NCBI GenBank assembly: GCA_963693365.1
Contig: CAVNZM010000002.1
Coordinates: 12,022,328 to 12,086,327 of the forward strand
Direction: 5' to 3'
Length of the DNA stretch: 64,000 bases
Origin: Amoebidium appalachense
Taxonomy: Eukaryota; Protista; Ichthyosporea
Positions within the stretch are counted from its first letter, which is position 1. Every line of letters starts with the position of its first letter. The position numbers and the translations under genes are program-made. Below, one piece after another: positions 37,354 to 52,854 of this stretch. The notes under the pieces were generated by a model. The model saw only the letters and a program-made list of their open reading frames with translations. It searched no databases and was not told the DNA's origin.

Positions 37354-39933
37354 ATGCACGCACGCACGCGCGCGCGCACACACACACACACACAGACGGA
37401 CGCGCGCACACACACACCTCCACCCACCCACTCACCCACCCACCCGCGCACCCACCCCCCCACACAGGCACACACACCACACTCAACTCCGCATTTCCCT
37501 CGATCAATTCCGCATCCTCCGCTTCCCACTCGTCCAAAGGTGATCCCAAATGATCCTTCGGGTTGAATTTGTGGCAGTCAAATGTGTTCAAAAACTCGGC
37601 AATAGGCTCCTTTTCCATCACAAACCGAAGGAGCTGTGGTATGGTGTGTAGCCGTGTTTTAACTTCCGACTTCGTGGTTTCTGGTGTTGTGAGTGCTTCG
37701 GCAATGATCCCTTGGAGCATCTGTGAGAGAAGAACCACGGCGGCGTTGGGCTCTGCGTGGAACGAATGCACCATCTCAGTAAGCATCATTACGATTTTCA
37801 CGTAACTTATACTAAATCTAACTACACATGTGGTGGTTTGTGTGTGTCTCACGGTGTCTGTGTGTGCCTGTGGCAGGGGGGGGGGGGGGGGGGGGGAGGG
37901 GGGAGGGAGGGAGGGGGGAGGGGGGGGGGGGGGGATCTTCTGCAAAAATATCACATACCGGCGGTGGTGAAGTAGAACTTGAAGACAACCCCCTCATGCA
38001 CACAGTAGTTCTTGGCCTGCTTGTCCTCTCCCACTGCCCGCCCACTGACCGCATCAACCACCCTCTGCACCAACCCTGCCGTCTCCAACACAACGGCTTG
38101 CCGCAGGAACGCCAAGTTCTCATTGGTTGCTGAATCGACCAATCGCCAACGGCACGTGCAAAACGTACCGACCGCACCGTGTCTTGAAGGTCACTGATTG
38201 GTTGGGCCTGAACCAATCCCTGCCCACCGTCCGCTGCTGGAACAATCTTAAGACGCGTGGCCTCCGTGATTTCTCGAATCTTCAAACAGGAGAGGTATGT
38301 CAAATGATGTCCTTTTTCGTGAAGGAAGTGGTAATTTTTCTCGTTGATCAACCGGCGCCTCTCCTGGTGTGCCGGGTTTCCTTTGCGACACAACACCAGA
38401 TCGCCAAGGGATCTAAGACGCCCGGTCTCAATGGGAAGGCGAGGGGGTGCACTCTCTCCAAGAAACCCCACCGCGGAAAAGAACGAATCCAATTGGTTGT
38501 TGGTCACGTGATCGATCCGTGCGATCTGGTTGATCAGTTCGGCCTTCACCCTCGACCCCATGTTTAGAGCCTCTGCCAACTTTGGGTACGGAAAGTCCGC
38601 CAAGTCATAAATCCAACTTGAACGCTGAAATCGTGGCAAAATCTCGCCACTTCCTTGACCGAATCCCACACCACCTCACCATGCGCCTGATTCATCCCAT
38701 AGGGTGATTTTTCGAGCCATACATACTGCGGCTCAAGTACTCAGGCCTCGCAGGCCAGGTCACGGCTGCTTCCGGACCGATCAGGTCGAATCGGGTCTGC
38801 CTTGATCAAATTGCACGCCATGTCGCCAAGCCAGTGTGCCAGGTGTGCCTGAAATCTGTCACCAGTCTCATTTCCCAGCCGGGTGTTAAGGTGGGCGTCA
38901 GCCTGGTTGAGCCAATAGGAAACGGGTTCGGAGCCGATTGATTGGATGAGGGCGGTCATGTGACGTTTCAAATCATCCAATGAGGGCTGAACGTTAAAAA
39001 GATCACCAAAAATCACCTGGAAATTGTTTCGGAAAGGGAGGGTTGAATCGGGGAACCACAGGTGGGCCCTGTGGGCGAAAGTCACCTCCCAGAGATTATC
39101 TGTGCGAAATTCCGCAAGTGAAACGAGCCTGTTACCACCCAGGTTCATTGGGAAAGTGAGAAACTCTGGTGGGTGGATGTCGTATAAAACATTTGTGCGG
39201 TGGGTCGACGTGGCGGGTACATGTGCGGGATCTCTGGCCGGGATGAATTTCACGGTCGCCAGTTGCGAATTTATGTTTGCGTCTGCGGTTAGCGTCGCTG
39301 CGTTGGTCACGAGGTAGCGGTACAGGTATGCACCCCGATCGATTGTGTTTGCGTTTTGTGCAAGGTTGAGGAAACGAGCGGGAGAGAGAATTGTCTGCAT
39401 GCCGAGTTCCCGAAGGATCGTCAACCAATCAGGCGAGTCGAACGGGGCCTTAGGAATGCGGGTTTCGCCCAGTTGCGCGAGGGCTGGATCGTATACGGCG
39501 ATGGGCGCGGCAAAACCACCGGATGCAAGGGGCACAAAGGGGAACCTTTCGCCATACTGACTTGAATCCATCGTCCGCCAAAAACGAGTGGCGGTGGTTC
39601 TTGATGAATTCAACGAGTGTGGTTTGGTCGTTTTCGGGTAGGGTATGCCATGCGGGAGGGATGACGTTGGTGAAGAACTGTGCGGCGGTTGGTGTGTTTG
39701 AGTCGGCACCGAGGGACCGGTAAAGTTTGGTGAACTCCGGGCGATGAAGGAAAAAATTGGTGCTGGGCCCGGTGAAACCCTGGCGTGAATTTAATGTTTT
39801 AATCAGAATACAGTAAAAGCGTATGATGATGTAATAGATTTAATAGGTGGTTAGTGTGGATGGTTGGGTGCTTATTGTTATCAATGTGTGTGTGGTTGGA
39901 GGTGTATAGGAAAATGGGGGGGTGGGGGGGTGG

Positions 39934-39987
<54 letters not shown>

Positions 39988-39994
39988 GTGCATG

Positions 39995-40041
<47 letters not shown>

Positions 40042-40048
40042 GTTTGTG

Positions 40049-40115
<67 letters not shown>

Positions 40116-41054
40116 TGGTTTGGGGGGAGGGGGGGGGAGTGAGGGAGGCGGTAGTCCTGGGGGAGGGGAGAGGGAGAGGGGGAGGAGGGGGGGGGGCTCT
40201 TGGCATATGGATGTGCATCCATACAGAAAGACTGTGGTGATTGAGCAGTAGTGAGGTGGTGGGAGCGGGGCGCCCAAGGGAAAGGGGGGCAGGGAGGGGG
40301 GAGGGGGGGGGGGGAATGGCGGGGAGGGATGGTGGTGGTGGTGGTGGGGGGGGGGGGGGGAGGGGGGAGGGGGAGGGGGGGTGGATATAGATACCGCGAG
40401 GTTCAGTGAACCCAACTTCTGGGGCAGCAGAATAGCCCCGGTAGAAATGGGGGTGCGGGTGGGTGGGTCGGTGAAGGCTCGGAGCAAGCGTGGAAGGCTG
40501 GCTAGAGCACATCTGTCGTTCGGTGAAAGCTGGCACGCAAGAAATTGGCGAAGAATTTGGTCGCATTCCTCGCCTGACAACGACCCAATCAGGTGTTTCC
40601 GTGCCGCCAGCTGAGCCAACAGAGACTGGGGGTACGAGCGGATGTCGATGATTGGTGGAGGGTCACGGTTGCTTTCGGGGTTTGGAAGACGCACATAGTC
40701 AGCAACCTGTTTGGGATTATTGTGCGTTGAGAATCAGGTGGCTTGAATTGATAGAAAAGGTAGTGTAGGGAGGGGACAACTGCAGGGCGATGGTGGGGGA
40801 GTCACATAAAATAGAGATAAAAGGGTTCATTTGCCACCATCCCCCATCCCCCCCCCCCCCCCCCCGCCAGGGAGAAGGTCTACACACACCACACCAGTGT
40901 CTAGCCTCCCTCCCTCTCTCCCCTCCCCCTCCCTCCCCCCCCCCCCCCCAAAAAAAAAAAAAAAGAAAAAAAAAGAAATAGAAAAACCACCCCTTCCTCT
41001 CCCGGGTCAAGAACAGTAAGAGAGAAAACGGGGGGGGTGGGGTGGTGGTGGTGG

Positions 41055-41087
<33 letters not shown>

Positions 41088-41932
41088 CAAACTGCCACCG
41101 GACTACAACCACACCATGAATGTGGCCCGCCCAATACATACACACGCCCAATCGCGGGCCTATTAGACGAAAATGAGGGGGGGGTAGGGGGAGGGGAATT
41201 CCAGGAGGAGAAGGCAAAAAAGGGACTGAGTCGCACCTGATAGATTCCGAACCGGGCCAGGATGGCCCGTAAGTCAACCAGTGCTGTGTTCTCTGCCTGC
41301 CAGGCACACCCACCAGCCACCGCCGCTGGCGTCACAAGCACCGTCTCTCCCCTACCGTTCCAGGCCACCACCACCCCCAAATGGGCCAAAGAACCGGCGT
41401 TGACCCGACCCGAAAGTCCACTGATGACGACCCACAGTGACTTCAGGATCTCAAGATTATTTTCGCTCGGCCTGGTTTCTCCCTCCGACACCTGATTGGG
41501 CAATTTTAACAGTGTTATTCCTATACAAGTATCTAGCTTGAGAAGAGCTGCAACTGAAAGAAATGATGTTATATATGCGAAGTGTCTTTTTGTTTTTTGT
41601 TTCTCCTTATGCCCGGGCAGGGGGGGGGGGGGGGGGGGGGTTTCAATCAGTAAATACGGAAGACTCTACCAGTTCATAGTTCATATTTCGGCACGGTTTG
41701 TGGGCTCAATCATTTTTTTTTTTTTTGGGGGGGGGGGGGGGAGGGGGATGGTGGGGGGGGGGGGGGGGGGTTGGGTAGTGATGGTAGTGTGCGAGTGTGT
41801 GTGTGGTTGGGGGGGAAGGGGAGGGGGAGGGAGGGAAGGCCCGGGGAGCGGGAGAAGGCCAAAACATGGGGCATGGTGTGTGAAGTGGGGAAGATAAAGG
41901 TGGAGGGGGAGAGGTTGCAAAGGAGGGTTTAA

Positions 41933-41964
<32 letters not shown>

Positions 41965-42084
41965 CGGGGGAAGAGGGTGGGGAGGGGGGAAAGAGGGAGG
42001 GGGGGAGGGAGGGAGGGAGAGAAGTGGGGAGGGAGGGAGGGATGGGGGGAAGGAGGAAAGGATCGAGGTAGGGAGGGAGGGAGG

Positions 42085-42157
<73 letters not shown>

Positions 42158-42999
42158 GGAGAGCGGGGCCGGAAAAACTCAAACTTTAAGGGGAGGAGGG
42201 AGAAGGGTGTAAATGACTACCTGACGGCAAACATTTGGAATGGCCGCATGCCCAATCTCAGCCTCCACATGAGCCCACGTGAGTGCCTCCAGGTACCTGC
42301 TTTTGCCCTCCTCTCCTAGGAATTCCAACACTTTGCCATTGACCAATCGTAGACGAGATACCTCGTTGCCGAACAGAGTCCGAATACATTGCCTCAAGTT
42401 GGACGGTGTAGAGCTGTGGATGTAGAGAGGGAGGGTGGGTGGGGGGGGGGGGGGGGGGGGGGGGGGGAGGAGTGGTGGGAAGCAGGGGAGGTTTAAGGTG
42501 GAGGGGAAAAGCGGGATTGTGCGGGATTGTGTGTGTGTGGGGGGGGGGAGGGGGGGGAGGACAAAGGTGGAGAAGAGAATGAAAAGAAAACAAACTTGGA
42601 TGAGTGTGTATTTAGGAAAATGGAGGAGGGGATGTCGATTAGTACATGACCAAGTGTTATGCGCCTTAATGGTTTGTTCAATAAGGGGGATTTGGAGAAC
42701 AGAGTCAGTGGAAGTTACGGTGTAGCTAGACAGACGGGAAAGAAATTAGGTTAAGGCAAAGGGAGAGAAAAAGCCGCCGAGAGGGTGGATGAGGGTGTGT
42801 GTGTGTGGGGGGGGGGGGGGGGGGGGGGGGGGTTAGTTGGTTCCAAAATATGGGATTATGAGCAGACAGGACAGGAAGTACACAAAGGGAGGCTGATGAT
42901 GCAAATGCAGAACAAAAAGGAAGAGGTTGAAATGGCAGGGGAGTACAAGGAAGAGGCGCTATGAGAGGGAGGGAGAGATTGTGTGTATGTGTGTGTTAA

Positions 43000-43033
<34 letters not shown>

Positions 43034-43095
43034 CTGTGTGTGGGCCTGTGTGTGTGTGTGTGTGTCTCTCGGTGTGTGTGGATGTGCGTGTGTGT

Positions 43096-43127
<32 letters not shown>

Positions 43128-45041
43128 TGCACACCTGTGTGTGTGTGTTTGTGTGTGTGCATTAATGTGCTTGTGTGGATGTGTGTGCATGCGTGTGAAA
43201 GCCTTACTTTCCACTGAGTCGGAACAAAGCAAAGGAGCAGGGGTTTGAGCATAAATACAAAAAATATTGACTTGAGAGCATTTGAGATAATGGAGTCAGA
43301 GGTTAGGTGCAGGGCGAGTTGGTTCACAGAAGTGTTAATGAAAAAAATGAGGGATAGTTGGGGTGAAACCAGTAAAAAGTGGGTGTGAGAGGGGGGCGAG
43401 GGGGGGGGGGGGGGGGGGAGGAAGGGGGGGACAGAAGGGGGGGGGGGGGGGGGGAGTTTCAGGGCAGAAGACATACAATGGAATGGTGATGATGTGGCGC
43501 GGCTTTTGCCCCTTTCCAAAAATGGCAAGTGTGTTCTGGCCAATCAGGAGCAGGGGCGTGCCGTCCAACAGGCGGTAGTCGCGCCCACCCACAAACTGAG
43601 CGATGGTAGTCACGTGACCTGTCTTCCTGAGGCTGGGAAATGGGCATTGGTCCAGTGCCCATTCGGTCTGGGTGTGGGCATCGGCATGGGTGCGGTAGAA
43701 GGAGGCAACGGAAGACGGATCCAGCGATTTGATTGGTCTGTGATGGGTCATGTGCCATATTAAACGGATTACTTGGTCAGCCCAAACACATTTTGATTCA
43801 AGAAACTTTGAATACATACTAATGTTAGAGAGTATGTGAGATTCATGAGACACGACTTTTCCTTTTAGCCGTGCGATGTATGGAGAAAAGAATTCTTTTA
43901 TCCGCTAGTAGCTCTGTCTCATGGTTGAGGGAAAAAACGAGGGGGGGGGGGCTTGCGGAGGGAGAGGAAAGGACGGGGAGGAGGGGAGGGGGAAGGAGAG
44001 GGGAGGGGAGAGAGGGAGGAAAGCAGGAGAAAAGAGGGGAGGGGAGAGGGAGTGGGCCAGGTTAACTTCGTAACCGGTGATAAATGTGCGGCAAAAAACC
44101 GCGGACATGCAGAATGTGTGTGTGTGTTGGGATGAGAGAGGGGGGGGGGGGGGGGGGGGGGGGGGGGAGGGGGGATTGTTTTGCTATGCTTACATGCTTA
44201 CATCACAGTAGAATAGGGTGAAGCTCGAGCAAAGTAGTTAGGGAAATTACGGTGGAAATTTGGGGTGAGGGAGGGGGGGGGGGGTCTTGAGACTTACAGA
44301 TGCATATCACCAACACGGTCAGCCAGAACACTTGGAATTTCATAGAGGCATAGACCCCCCTCCTGGGCCAGATAGTGCATTGGGTGGGGTTCTTTGTCGC
44401 TGATGACGTAGAGAGTGTGGGCTCGGTTGCCGGGGAGCCAATCGGAACGGACTAATGGGGCGGTGTCGGTGGAGGAGGGCAAGAGGCGTGCAAAAATTGG
44501 CTGGGTGCACGCCTGCTGGCAGACTGATTTGGCAAAGTCGAACCACCGCTGCGCACACGAGAAGTGATGTTGTTCAGTACTTGTGAACTTTGGTCTTTAA
44601 AGTAACTTTGATCTTCAAGTGGGGAAAGAGGGGAGGGGTGAATGGGAAAAGAGCTGCGTGTGTATGTGTGTGGGTGGTGGTGGGCTGAGGAGTTGGGAGG
44701 GGGGGGGGGGGGAAGGGGGTATCAAGAGTCATGTGGACAGAAATGGTCGCAAACCGACTGAAGTAAAGTGAAAGAGGAATGACGCAGGAGAAGATAAATG
44801 CTGTGGTGGGAGGCTGGGGAGCTATAGAAACTGGTATACGGGGAACATAAAGCGGGGATGGAGGGGTGTGTGCTTGAAGAAGGGGGGAGGGGGCAAGGGG
44901 GGGGAGGAGAGAGGGGGGGGGGGGGGGGGGGAGGGTAATACTTTGTTTTCGGGTGAGATTGCCGGAAGGAGACTGAGTGGGTACTGGGGAGATATGTCTC
45001 TAGCCTGCAGGATGGCTTGGAGGTAGGCCTCACAGAGGGGT

Positions 45042-45219
<178 letters not shown>

Positions 45220-45317
45220 GGGGGAGAGGGGGGGGGGGGGGGGGGGGGGGAGGGAGGGGTATGTGGGTGTGTAGTGGTGGGTGGGTGGATAGGTGGGCGT
45301 GTATGTGTGTGGGTGTT

Positions 45318-45371
<54 letters not shown>

Positions 45372-45614
45372 TTTTGGGGGAGGGGGGGGGAGAGAGATGG
45401 GGGGGGGGGGGGGGGGTGAGGGGGGCACGGGCAGATGCTCGTGAATGTTTCAGTGCAAGGGGGTAGGATGGTTCAGTATTTTTATGCTTGTGATCTGCTC
45501 GTGAAAAGTATGGCCAATCATTTCCGTGATCTTTTGGCTATCAAAAATCATTATAAACTATTGCATACCCGGAGAAAAATGGGTGGCTGGTTGTGCATGT
45601 GGACGTGTGGGGAA

Positions 45615-45657
<43 letters not shown>

Positions 45658-46330
45658 TTCCCGGGGGGAGGCCACAGAGAGAGAGAGATCGGAATGAAAT
45701 GGCATTGGCGAGGGGATATGTGGGAGGAGGTTGAAAACGAGGGGACATAACTTTTTTCTGTCTTCTTCGGTTTTTTATATTTTTTTTCTTTTTGAAGGGG
45801 AGATGGGGGATGGGGGATGGGGGAAGAGGGGGGAGAGGGGGAGGGGTGGGGGGGGGGGGGGGGGAGGGGGGGAGGAGGGGGAGCACACACCCATGAGCAT
45901 GTGTTGGTTCCATACATGGCCATGCTCCCTCCCTCTCTCGTCAAATAAGATGTCCCGACGGTTGGAGGCCAGTGCAAGCGGTTCGTTGATGTGCACAGGC
46001 ATGCCGTGGGTCAGGGGGAGTGGAAGCCCACAGAAGACGGGACCTTCCATTTTAGGAAGGTGGGTGGGGTCTAGGGGGTAGGCCACCTGGAAAATGGGTT
46101 AGTAGGATGGTGGAGGGGGGAGGGGGGGGGAGGGAGTGTGTGTGGGGGGGGGGGGAGGGGGGGGGGGGGAGGGAGGAGGGGAAGGAGGGGCGGGGGGGGG
46201 GGGGGGGAGGGTGTAAGATTCACGTTGATTGGTTGGAGTTCATGGGCTGGAGAGAGTGTGGGAAGGCAGACAGATGGCTGTGCAAGAAGGGCAGGAAAGA
46301 GTAGAATACTTTTACTGTGTTTGTTATTTG

Positions 46331-46450
46331 ATTAGGTTTGTTTTATTTTGATGTGTTATTGTTCTACTTAAATTAGGTTTGTCTTCTTTTGATGCGTTAT
46401 TGCTCTAGCCTAATTAGGTTTGTTTTATTTTGATGTTTTATTGCTCTACT
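46331..46450. repeat. Intronic tandem repeat, about 41 bp x 3
   Basis: Unit attaggtttgttttattttgatgtgttattgttctac... occurs three times with substitutions. Confidence 0.75.
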
Positions 46451-46857
46451 TATTTTTTCTTGTAACATAATGTGTATATATCATTAGAAGGGAAAATATC
46501 AGCATTGCAAAGTCTGCTAAGGGAGCCATGGGATTAGCAAAGAAAAAAGAAGGTCGTACCTGAGCGAGTGGAAGGTGTCTCTCGCCCTGTTTTGGCGGAA
46601 ATTTGGCCTTGAAGTCGGGGTCCATGCGCAGCATAGAGTGCACTGGGAAGGGGGTTTGCACCCCAGGACCCTCATTGGCACATGACGTCAAAACGACGTC
46701 ATCCATTCCCTCCATGCTCAGATCCGAGCTGGGCTTTGCAGACAGTTTCTGTATACGGGTTGGTGTGTGTGTGCGTGTGTGTGTGCACGTGCGTGCGTGC
46801 GTCCGTGGTGTTTGGCTTGCAGGTACGTGTGTGCATGTGTGTATGTGCGTAGGTGAT

Positions 46858-46999
<142 letters not shown>

Positions 47000-49900
47000 T
47001 GTTTGTGTTTGTGTGTGTGTGTGCACGGGGGGGGATGGGGGGGAGGGATGATGAACGAAAGTCAGTCGAGGGTGTACATGTTTTTTTGTTTTTGTGTGTG
47101 TGTGTGAAGGGGGGGGGAGGGTGTGGGGGGGGGGGGGGGGGGGGGACTCTGGGGGTTGAGGCTGTGAATGAAACTAGCAAAACCAGAAGCTGAGAGGGGA
47201 AGGGGGGGGGGGGGGGGGGGGAAGGGGGGAGGGTGAAGTGGATGGTTTGATAGGTATATGGGCGCCCACCTTGTAAATTTCGGTGACTGAGTTTATTGCG
47301 GGGGTAGTCTGCTTTCTCTCTGCCTCCACTCTAGCCGATCATCGCACGGTACCCCCCACGTCAACTACTTTCACCGAAATTTGGCGCAGATTCCGCAAAA
47401 AGAGGAGGCACTCCTTGCCCGTATCCACAAATTCCCGTATAACTTGCTCTATTTCCGAAGAATTGATGACCTTGTCCGAAATCTTGCTCTCCTGAGGCGG
47501 AAGGAAAGAGGGGAAACGTATTAGCAAGACTGAAAATATATTTTGAACCAGTGATGACATCATAAAACTCATGGCCGGTAGTACAGTTTTAAGTTTTAGT
47601 TCAGGCGTGTAAATAATAAGCTGACAGAACTATTGAGTGTTCATTGCCAAACAGGTGTGTCAAAGGCGGGGGCAGGGGGAGGGACGGGGGGGGGGGGGGG
47701 GGGGGGGGGGTGGCTCCTGTATGCGTGCGAGTTCTTTTTTTTTTTTTTTTTTTTTTTTTGCGAAGGGAAGGGGGGGGGGAGGGAGAATGGGGGTGAAGGA
47801 CGGAAAATGAGGAAGTTAGCAACTGAGACGTTCCAAAACCTATCGCAAGACAAACCGTATTATTGGTGTATTATACGCAGAAGAGCCTTATTTCCAGAAC
47901 CTGATTTCCACGGCCTCATGCTCCCCTTACCCCCTCCCCCTCCCCCCCCCTCCCCCCCCCCCCCCCCCCCCCCCCTCACCTCCCACCATACACACAAATG
48001 TCCACCACTCACCCACCTAGCCACAGGAACCTGTACCAAAACCAAACGTCTTTACTCACATTCATACCCTCCCCCCCTCCCACCCTCTCCCCCCTCCCCC
48101 CCCCCCCCCCCCCACACACACACCCATGTACACACACGCACACGCATGCACACCTTGGAAAGCTCCAGGGCACCTGTGCACATCCAGCAATACTACCCAC
48201 ACTCAACATCCCTCTTCATGCTCATCTCCCCTTCCCTCACCTCCCCCACCCCCCACCCCTCCCCCCCCCCCAAAAAAAAGAGAAAGAAAGAAATACAAAA
48301 AAACACCTACACCCACACATACGCTCGAAAGCACGTACACCTACCTCTTCCTTTCACCGCCACCGGCCTTCCCTCTCCATCTACCTCCGCAGCCACCGCC
48401 ACCCACGGCAACGCAGTCTCGTTGTGTTTTTGCGCAAAAGTCGCCGTGAAAGTGTTGTCCACCACCGAAACCACCATGTACCTCTTGCATAGTGACCCCA
48501 CCGTCACCTCCATCGTGTATTTCGAAATTTCGACGACTTTTTCGGGGTTTTTCAGAAGTTCCTTGAACCCCTCGGGGGTGTGCGTCTTGGCCATAGTTGC
48601 AAGCATGTCGGGAATGGTGCGCTCGGTTTGTTTTCCTGAGAAAAAACCCGAATATTCACCTGCAGAAACCCGCAAACCGGAGTGAGAAACCTCAAAAAAC
48701 CGTTTTGCAGGACACTTATCGTGAAATCTAAAGTGATTACTTTACTGTTTATTCAGGAGCACACTATATGAAAAGCTACAAAAGCGCGGAGCCTTTTGCC
48801 CTTCCTGAGTCCAGCTAGGAGCAAATACCTTTTATCGTGTTGGAATGTTTGAGAGCATTATAGCAGTTGGGTGATTCCGGTGGACCAAAAAAAAAAATCG
48901 AAAAAAAAAATAAAAACCTGGTGGCGTGTGCATGTGTGTACATGTACGTGTATGTAAGGAGGGGTGGGGGGCTGGGTTGATGGGGGGGTGGGGGGAGGGG
49001 GGGGGGGTGGTTGAAGTTTCGGTATGCCTTTTGGGGACAAAGGAATTCGTATGAAAAAGACTAGAGGAGCCGAGTGCGGTAGGAGGGGGGCTCTGATGGG
49101 AAAATTTGCACAAGGGACAATATGGGCCGAATTGAGAAGGGGGTTGGGGCCTCTCGGGCGGGGGGGTGGGGGGGGGGGGGGGGGGGGGGGGGATGCCCGG
49201 GGGGGAGGGGGGGGGGTATTTGATGCTTACCAATACAGTTTCTCATTCCCGTGTGTAGAGTCTTCCTCCTGCCATCACTTTCGACGACCTCGAAAGTAAC
49301 CTTGTTGACATTTTTGAGGAAAAGGAGGGCACGGTGCAGCTCTGACTCTGTGCAGCCGCTTGCTGGGGGTACCTCGATACAGGCTTGGAAGTCACGTATG
49401 ACTGAATCGGGGGTGCAGAGAACAGAATCCTGTATGGTGTCGGGTATCATAGTTTGAGAGTAAACCGGTGGCAGAGAGGGGATGTGGCGAAAGGGGGGGA
49501 GGAGAGGAGGGGGGTGGGGGGGGGGTGGGCGGGGAAAAAGAGTGGGGAAGGGGAATGGGGTGGGGGGGGGGGGGGGGGGGGGGGGGTCGTATGGAAATGG
49601 AAAAGTTAAAACAAACGTTTTTTGAGGTAGTCTAATTGTTAGCAGCCATCAGAAAAGGTTGCAACAAACAGAAAATTGGTGCTGTTATTTATCAATTAGG
49701 AAAGCTTTCAGAGGCGGTGGTTTAGTTTGTGAGTTTAGTTTGTGTGTGTGTTTTTGTGTGTGTGGGGGGGGGGGGGGGGGGGGGGAGGGGGGGGGGGGAG
49801 GGGGGGGGGGGGAAGGGGGGTTGAGCAACATGTGGCAGTGCTTTACACACACCAAAAGAATTCAGGTGTCCGGGGGGAGGGGCAGAGGAGAGGGTGGGTG

Positions 49901-50673
49901 AATGGGTGGGTGGGTGGGTGGGGAAGGGGGGAAGAGGGAGAGGAGGGGGGGGGGGGGGGAGGACGGGTGTTTAAAGACACAGGAAAACATCAGAGAGGCA
50001 CGTAGGCTTTACCTTTCGTGTAGGATCGTTCAAGTATGTCTTTAACGATGGAACTGGGGGTTTTGCGGAACGGCAGTTAGAAGAGGGTGCCGTTGAACGA
50101 GCGGGTGCGGTCAAACCCTGCCGTGACCTGCCCATACATGCATGCTTGGTCATTATTCTTGGCAAAAACCGTCTCCCCCTCCCCCCCACACCCCTCTCCT
50201 CCCCACCTCCCCCCCTCCCCCCCCCCCTCCCCCTTCCCCTCCCTCAGCGCCTGGCCCGTTCCTGCCTCCGGGCATGGAAGGTTATATCCAAATCGGAATG
50301 TTTGTGTGTGGAGGGGGGGGGGAGGGGGGGGGGGGGGGTGTCATATGTATGGGTGATTACCAAATACCCGAGCTATGCTTATGCTTGCTTGTGTACATGC
50401 ATGCTGGAGGACACACCAAAAGAAAAGAGCATGGTCTCACCCCGGAAACTTCCCCCCCATGACCGCACACTAGCTTTGTGCCTAATTACAACTGATGCGG
50501 CTCATGGTCCCAGCCCCCTCCCCCCCTCCTCCCCCCCCCCGGGGAGGCGGAGGAGGGGGGAGGGGGGGGGGAGAGAGACAATGAGGTGAGTTAGGGTGGT
50601 CAGGCTGAAGGCGGGAACTAAGAATGGTTCGTAGGTCGACGGGTGGGTGGGAGATGGTGTGTGTGTGTGTGTG

Positions 50674-50711
<38 letters not shown>

Positions 50712-51318
50712 TAGAACATGTGGATTTAGCTGCAATGGGTCGGAGTTTGTGGGTGTGAGCGTGTATTGAGGGAAGGGGGTTTCGGGGGGGGGGGGGGGGG
50801 AGGGGGGGGAGGAGTGAGGGGGGGGGGGAAGGAGGGGGGGGGGGGGGGGGGGGGAGGGGGGACTGGAGTAAGAGAAAGGGGGAGCAGGCTGGAGACAATG
50901 GGATCAGGGTTAAATATTTTTTTAGGAGAGAGTGTGTGTGTAGAGGGGGAGGGGGGGAGGGCGGGAGGGGGGGCACGCACTTTGTCCAGGGCCCAAGATT
51001 TGACTGATCTGTGCTAGCAGCTGGGCGGCAAAGAAATCGGAAAACCGAAACTCATCCTTGTCGGAGGAGACGTTCAGAAGATTGCACGGGTCAAACACAA
51101 CCAAAGTGTTTCCACTCACTACGACGGGGGTGTCTGTCACGTGAAAACAAGAACGGAAACCGATTCCAAATTTACCGATAGTCAGTAGGTTTTCCCTTTT
51201 TTGCTTCTGAAGGTACTCGAAAGGCTGTCCCAGTCTTCCGGTTCAAAGAGAGCGTCGTTGAAAATGAAAAGGCCGCGGGCTTGGTTGGCCCGGGCATCAA
51301 TTGTGAATGTAATCTGCA

Positions 51319-51516
51319 AGGTTTTAAAGGTGTTAGTGGTTTAAAATATGTGGGGTGCATGCAATAATCAGGTTTTAAAGGTGTTAGTGGTTTAAAATAT
51401 GTGGGGTGCATGCAATAATCAGGTTTTAAAGGTGTTAGTGGTTTAAAATATGTGGGGTGCATGCAACAATCAGGTTTTAAAGGTGTTAGTGGTTTAAAAA
51501 TGTGGGGTGCATGCAA
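51319..51516. repeat. Intronic tandem repeat, 51 bp x about 3.9
   Basis: Unit aggttttaaaggtgttagtggtttaaaatatgtggggtgcatgcaataatc starts at 51319, 51370, 51421 and 51472. Confidence 0.92.
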
Positions 51517-52150
51517 AAACCAGTTTGGGAAAGCACATTTTTTTTTGAAGGCTAGGAGGTGCATGGGATGGGTCGAAAAGGTTCCGAGGGGGAAGGGGGG
51601 GGGGAAGAATGAAGGAAGGGGAGGGGGTGGGAGGAAAGAGAGGGAGGGGCTCGGGGGGGGGGGGGGGGGGGAAGGGGGGGGGGGGGGGGGGGAGAGGCAT
51701 GGGTGGATCAAGGAATTGGCTTTCTGAAAGCATCATAACGCACAAACGTGACATGGACCACATACTTGGGTTGGTTTTTTCAACGGGCACATGGTAGCAA
51801 CAATTACACTCACCAGAGACACACATACGTAGCACACCCATATTGTAATAGAATGGGTACCCAAGCATGCACATACCCGCGTGCATGCGCGGACACACAA
51901 ACACGCACACACACACACATGGGCACACACCGTACGGGTTCTGGAATGGTATATTATAGTTGCACCTACAGTAACCCTCCCTCCCCCCCCCCCCCCCCTC
52001 CCCCCCCCCCCCCAAAAGGGAAACAACACACACACGCGCACGCACGCACGCACGCACACGCAAACGCGCACGCATACGCACACGCGCACACATATGGACA
52101 CGCACACATGCACATGTGACATGACACCCCTTTCCGCACAGACACCCCGT

Positions 52151-52215
<65 letters not shown>

Positions 52216-52854
52216 GCGATGCACGGGCATCATCCGCGTTCTGCATAAACTCTGTACCGATCTGCTTGACCTCATACTCGCCAGAATGAAGGCCAAAGTG
52301 GCCTCAATGTTCGCGTACATTTTCCCTGTTTTCTTTTATGTTTGTTTGTTTGTTTTTTATTTTTGGTTTTTTTCCCCCAGGCACTCAATGGCTATGACCA
52401 CCAAATGGAATACCCGCCCTCTGGATTTTCAGCCACCGAGTGTTGTCCACCACTGTGTGTGTTTGAGCTGGTTAGTGTTTTTTCTCCATCATTGTTCACC
52501 TTCTCTGGCTCTTTTCATGTTCTCTTTGAGATCTTGTGTCTCCCCCCCCCCCCCCCCCCCCCCCCCCTTCCCCCCCTCCCCCCCCCCCCCCCCCTCCCCC
52601 CCCTACCCCCGCGCCCCAGGGACCTCACCCAGACCCCCCCCCCCCCCCCCCAAAAAAAAAAAAAAAAAGAAAGAAAGAAAGAAAGAAGAAAGAAAGGGAA
52701 AAAAAAGAGGTTTTATTTGTGGAAATTATTGACATAAATATTTTTCTGGGTAAACACGTAGGATGGGTGTCCGATATCAACAGACTTCGTTTCATGTTTT
52801 AGCAGTTCGCGTTCGGCTGCCCGCATACGGGCACCTATTAGCCGATCAAAACAT

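Noticed and set aside
51319-51516. CRISPR array
   Set aside because: Head-to-tail repeats without unique spacers, in a eukaryotic intron.
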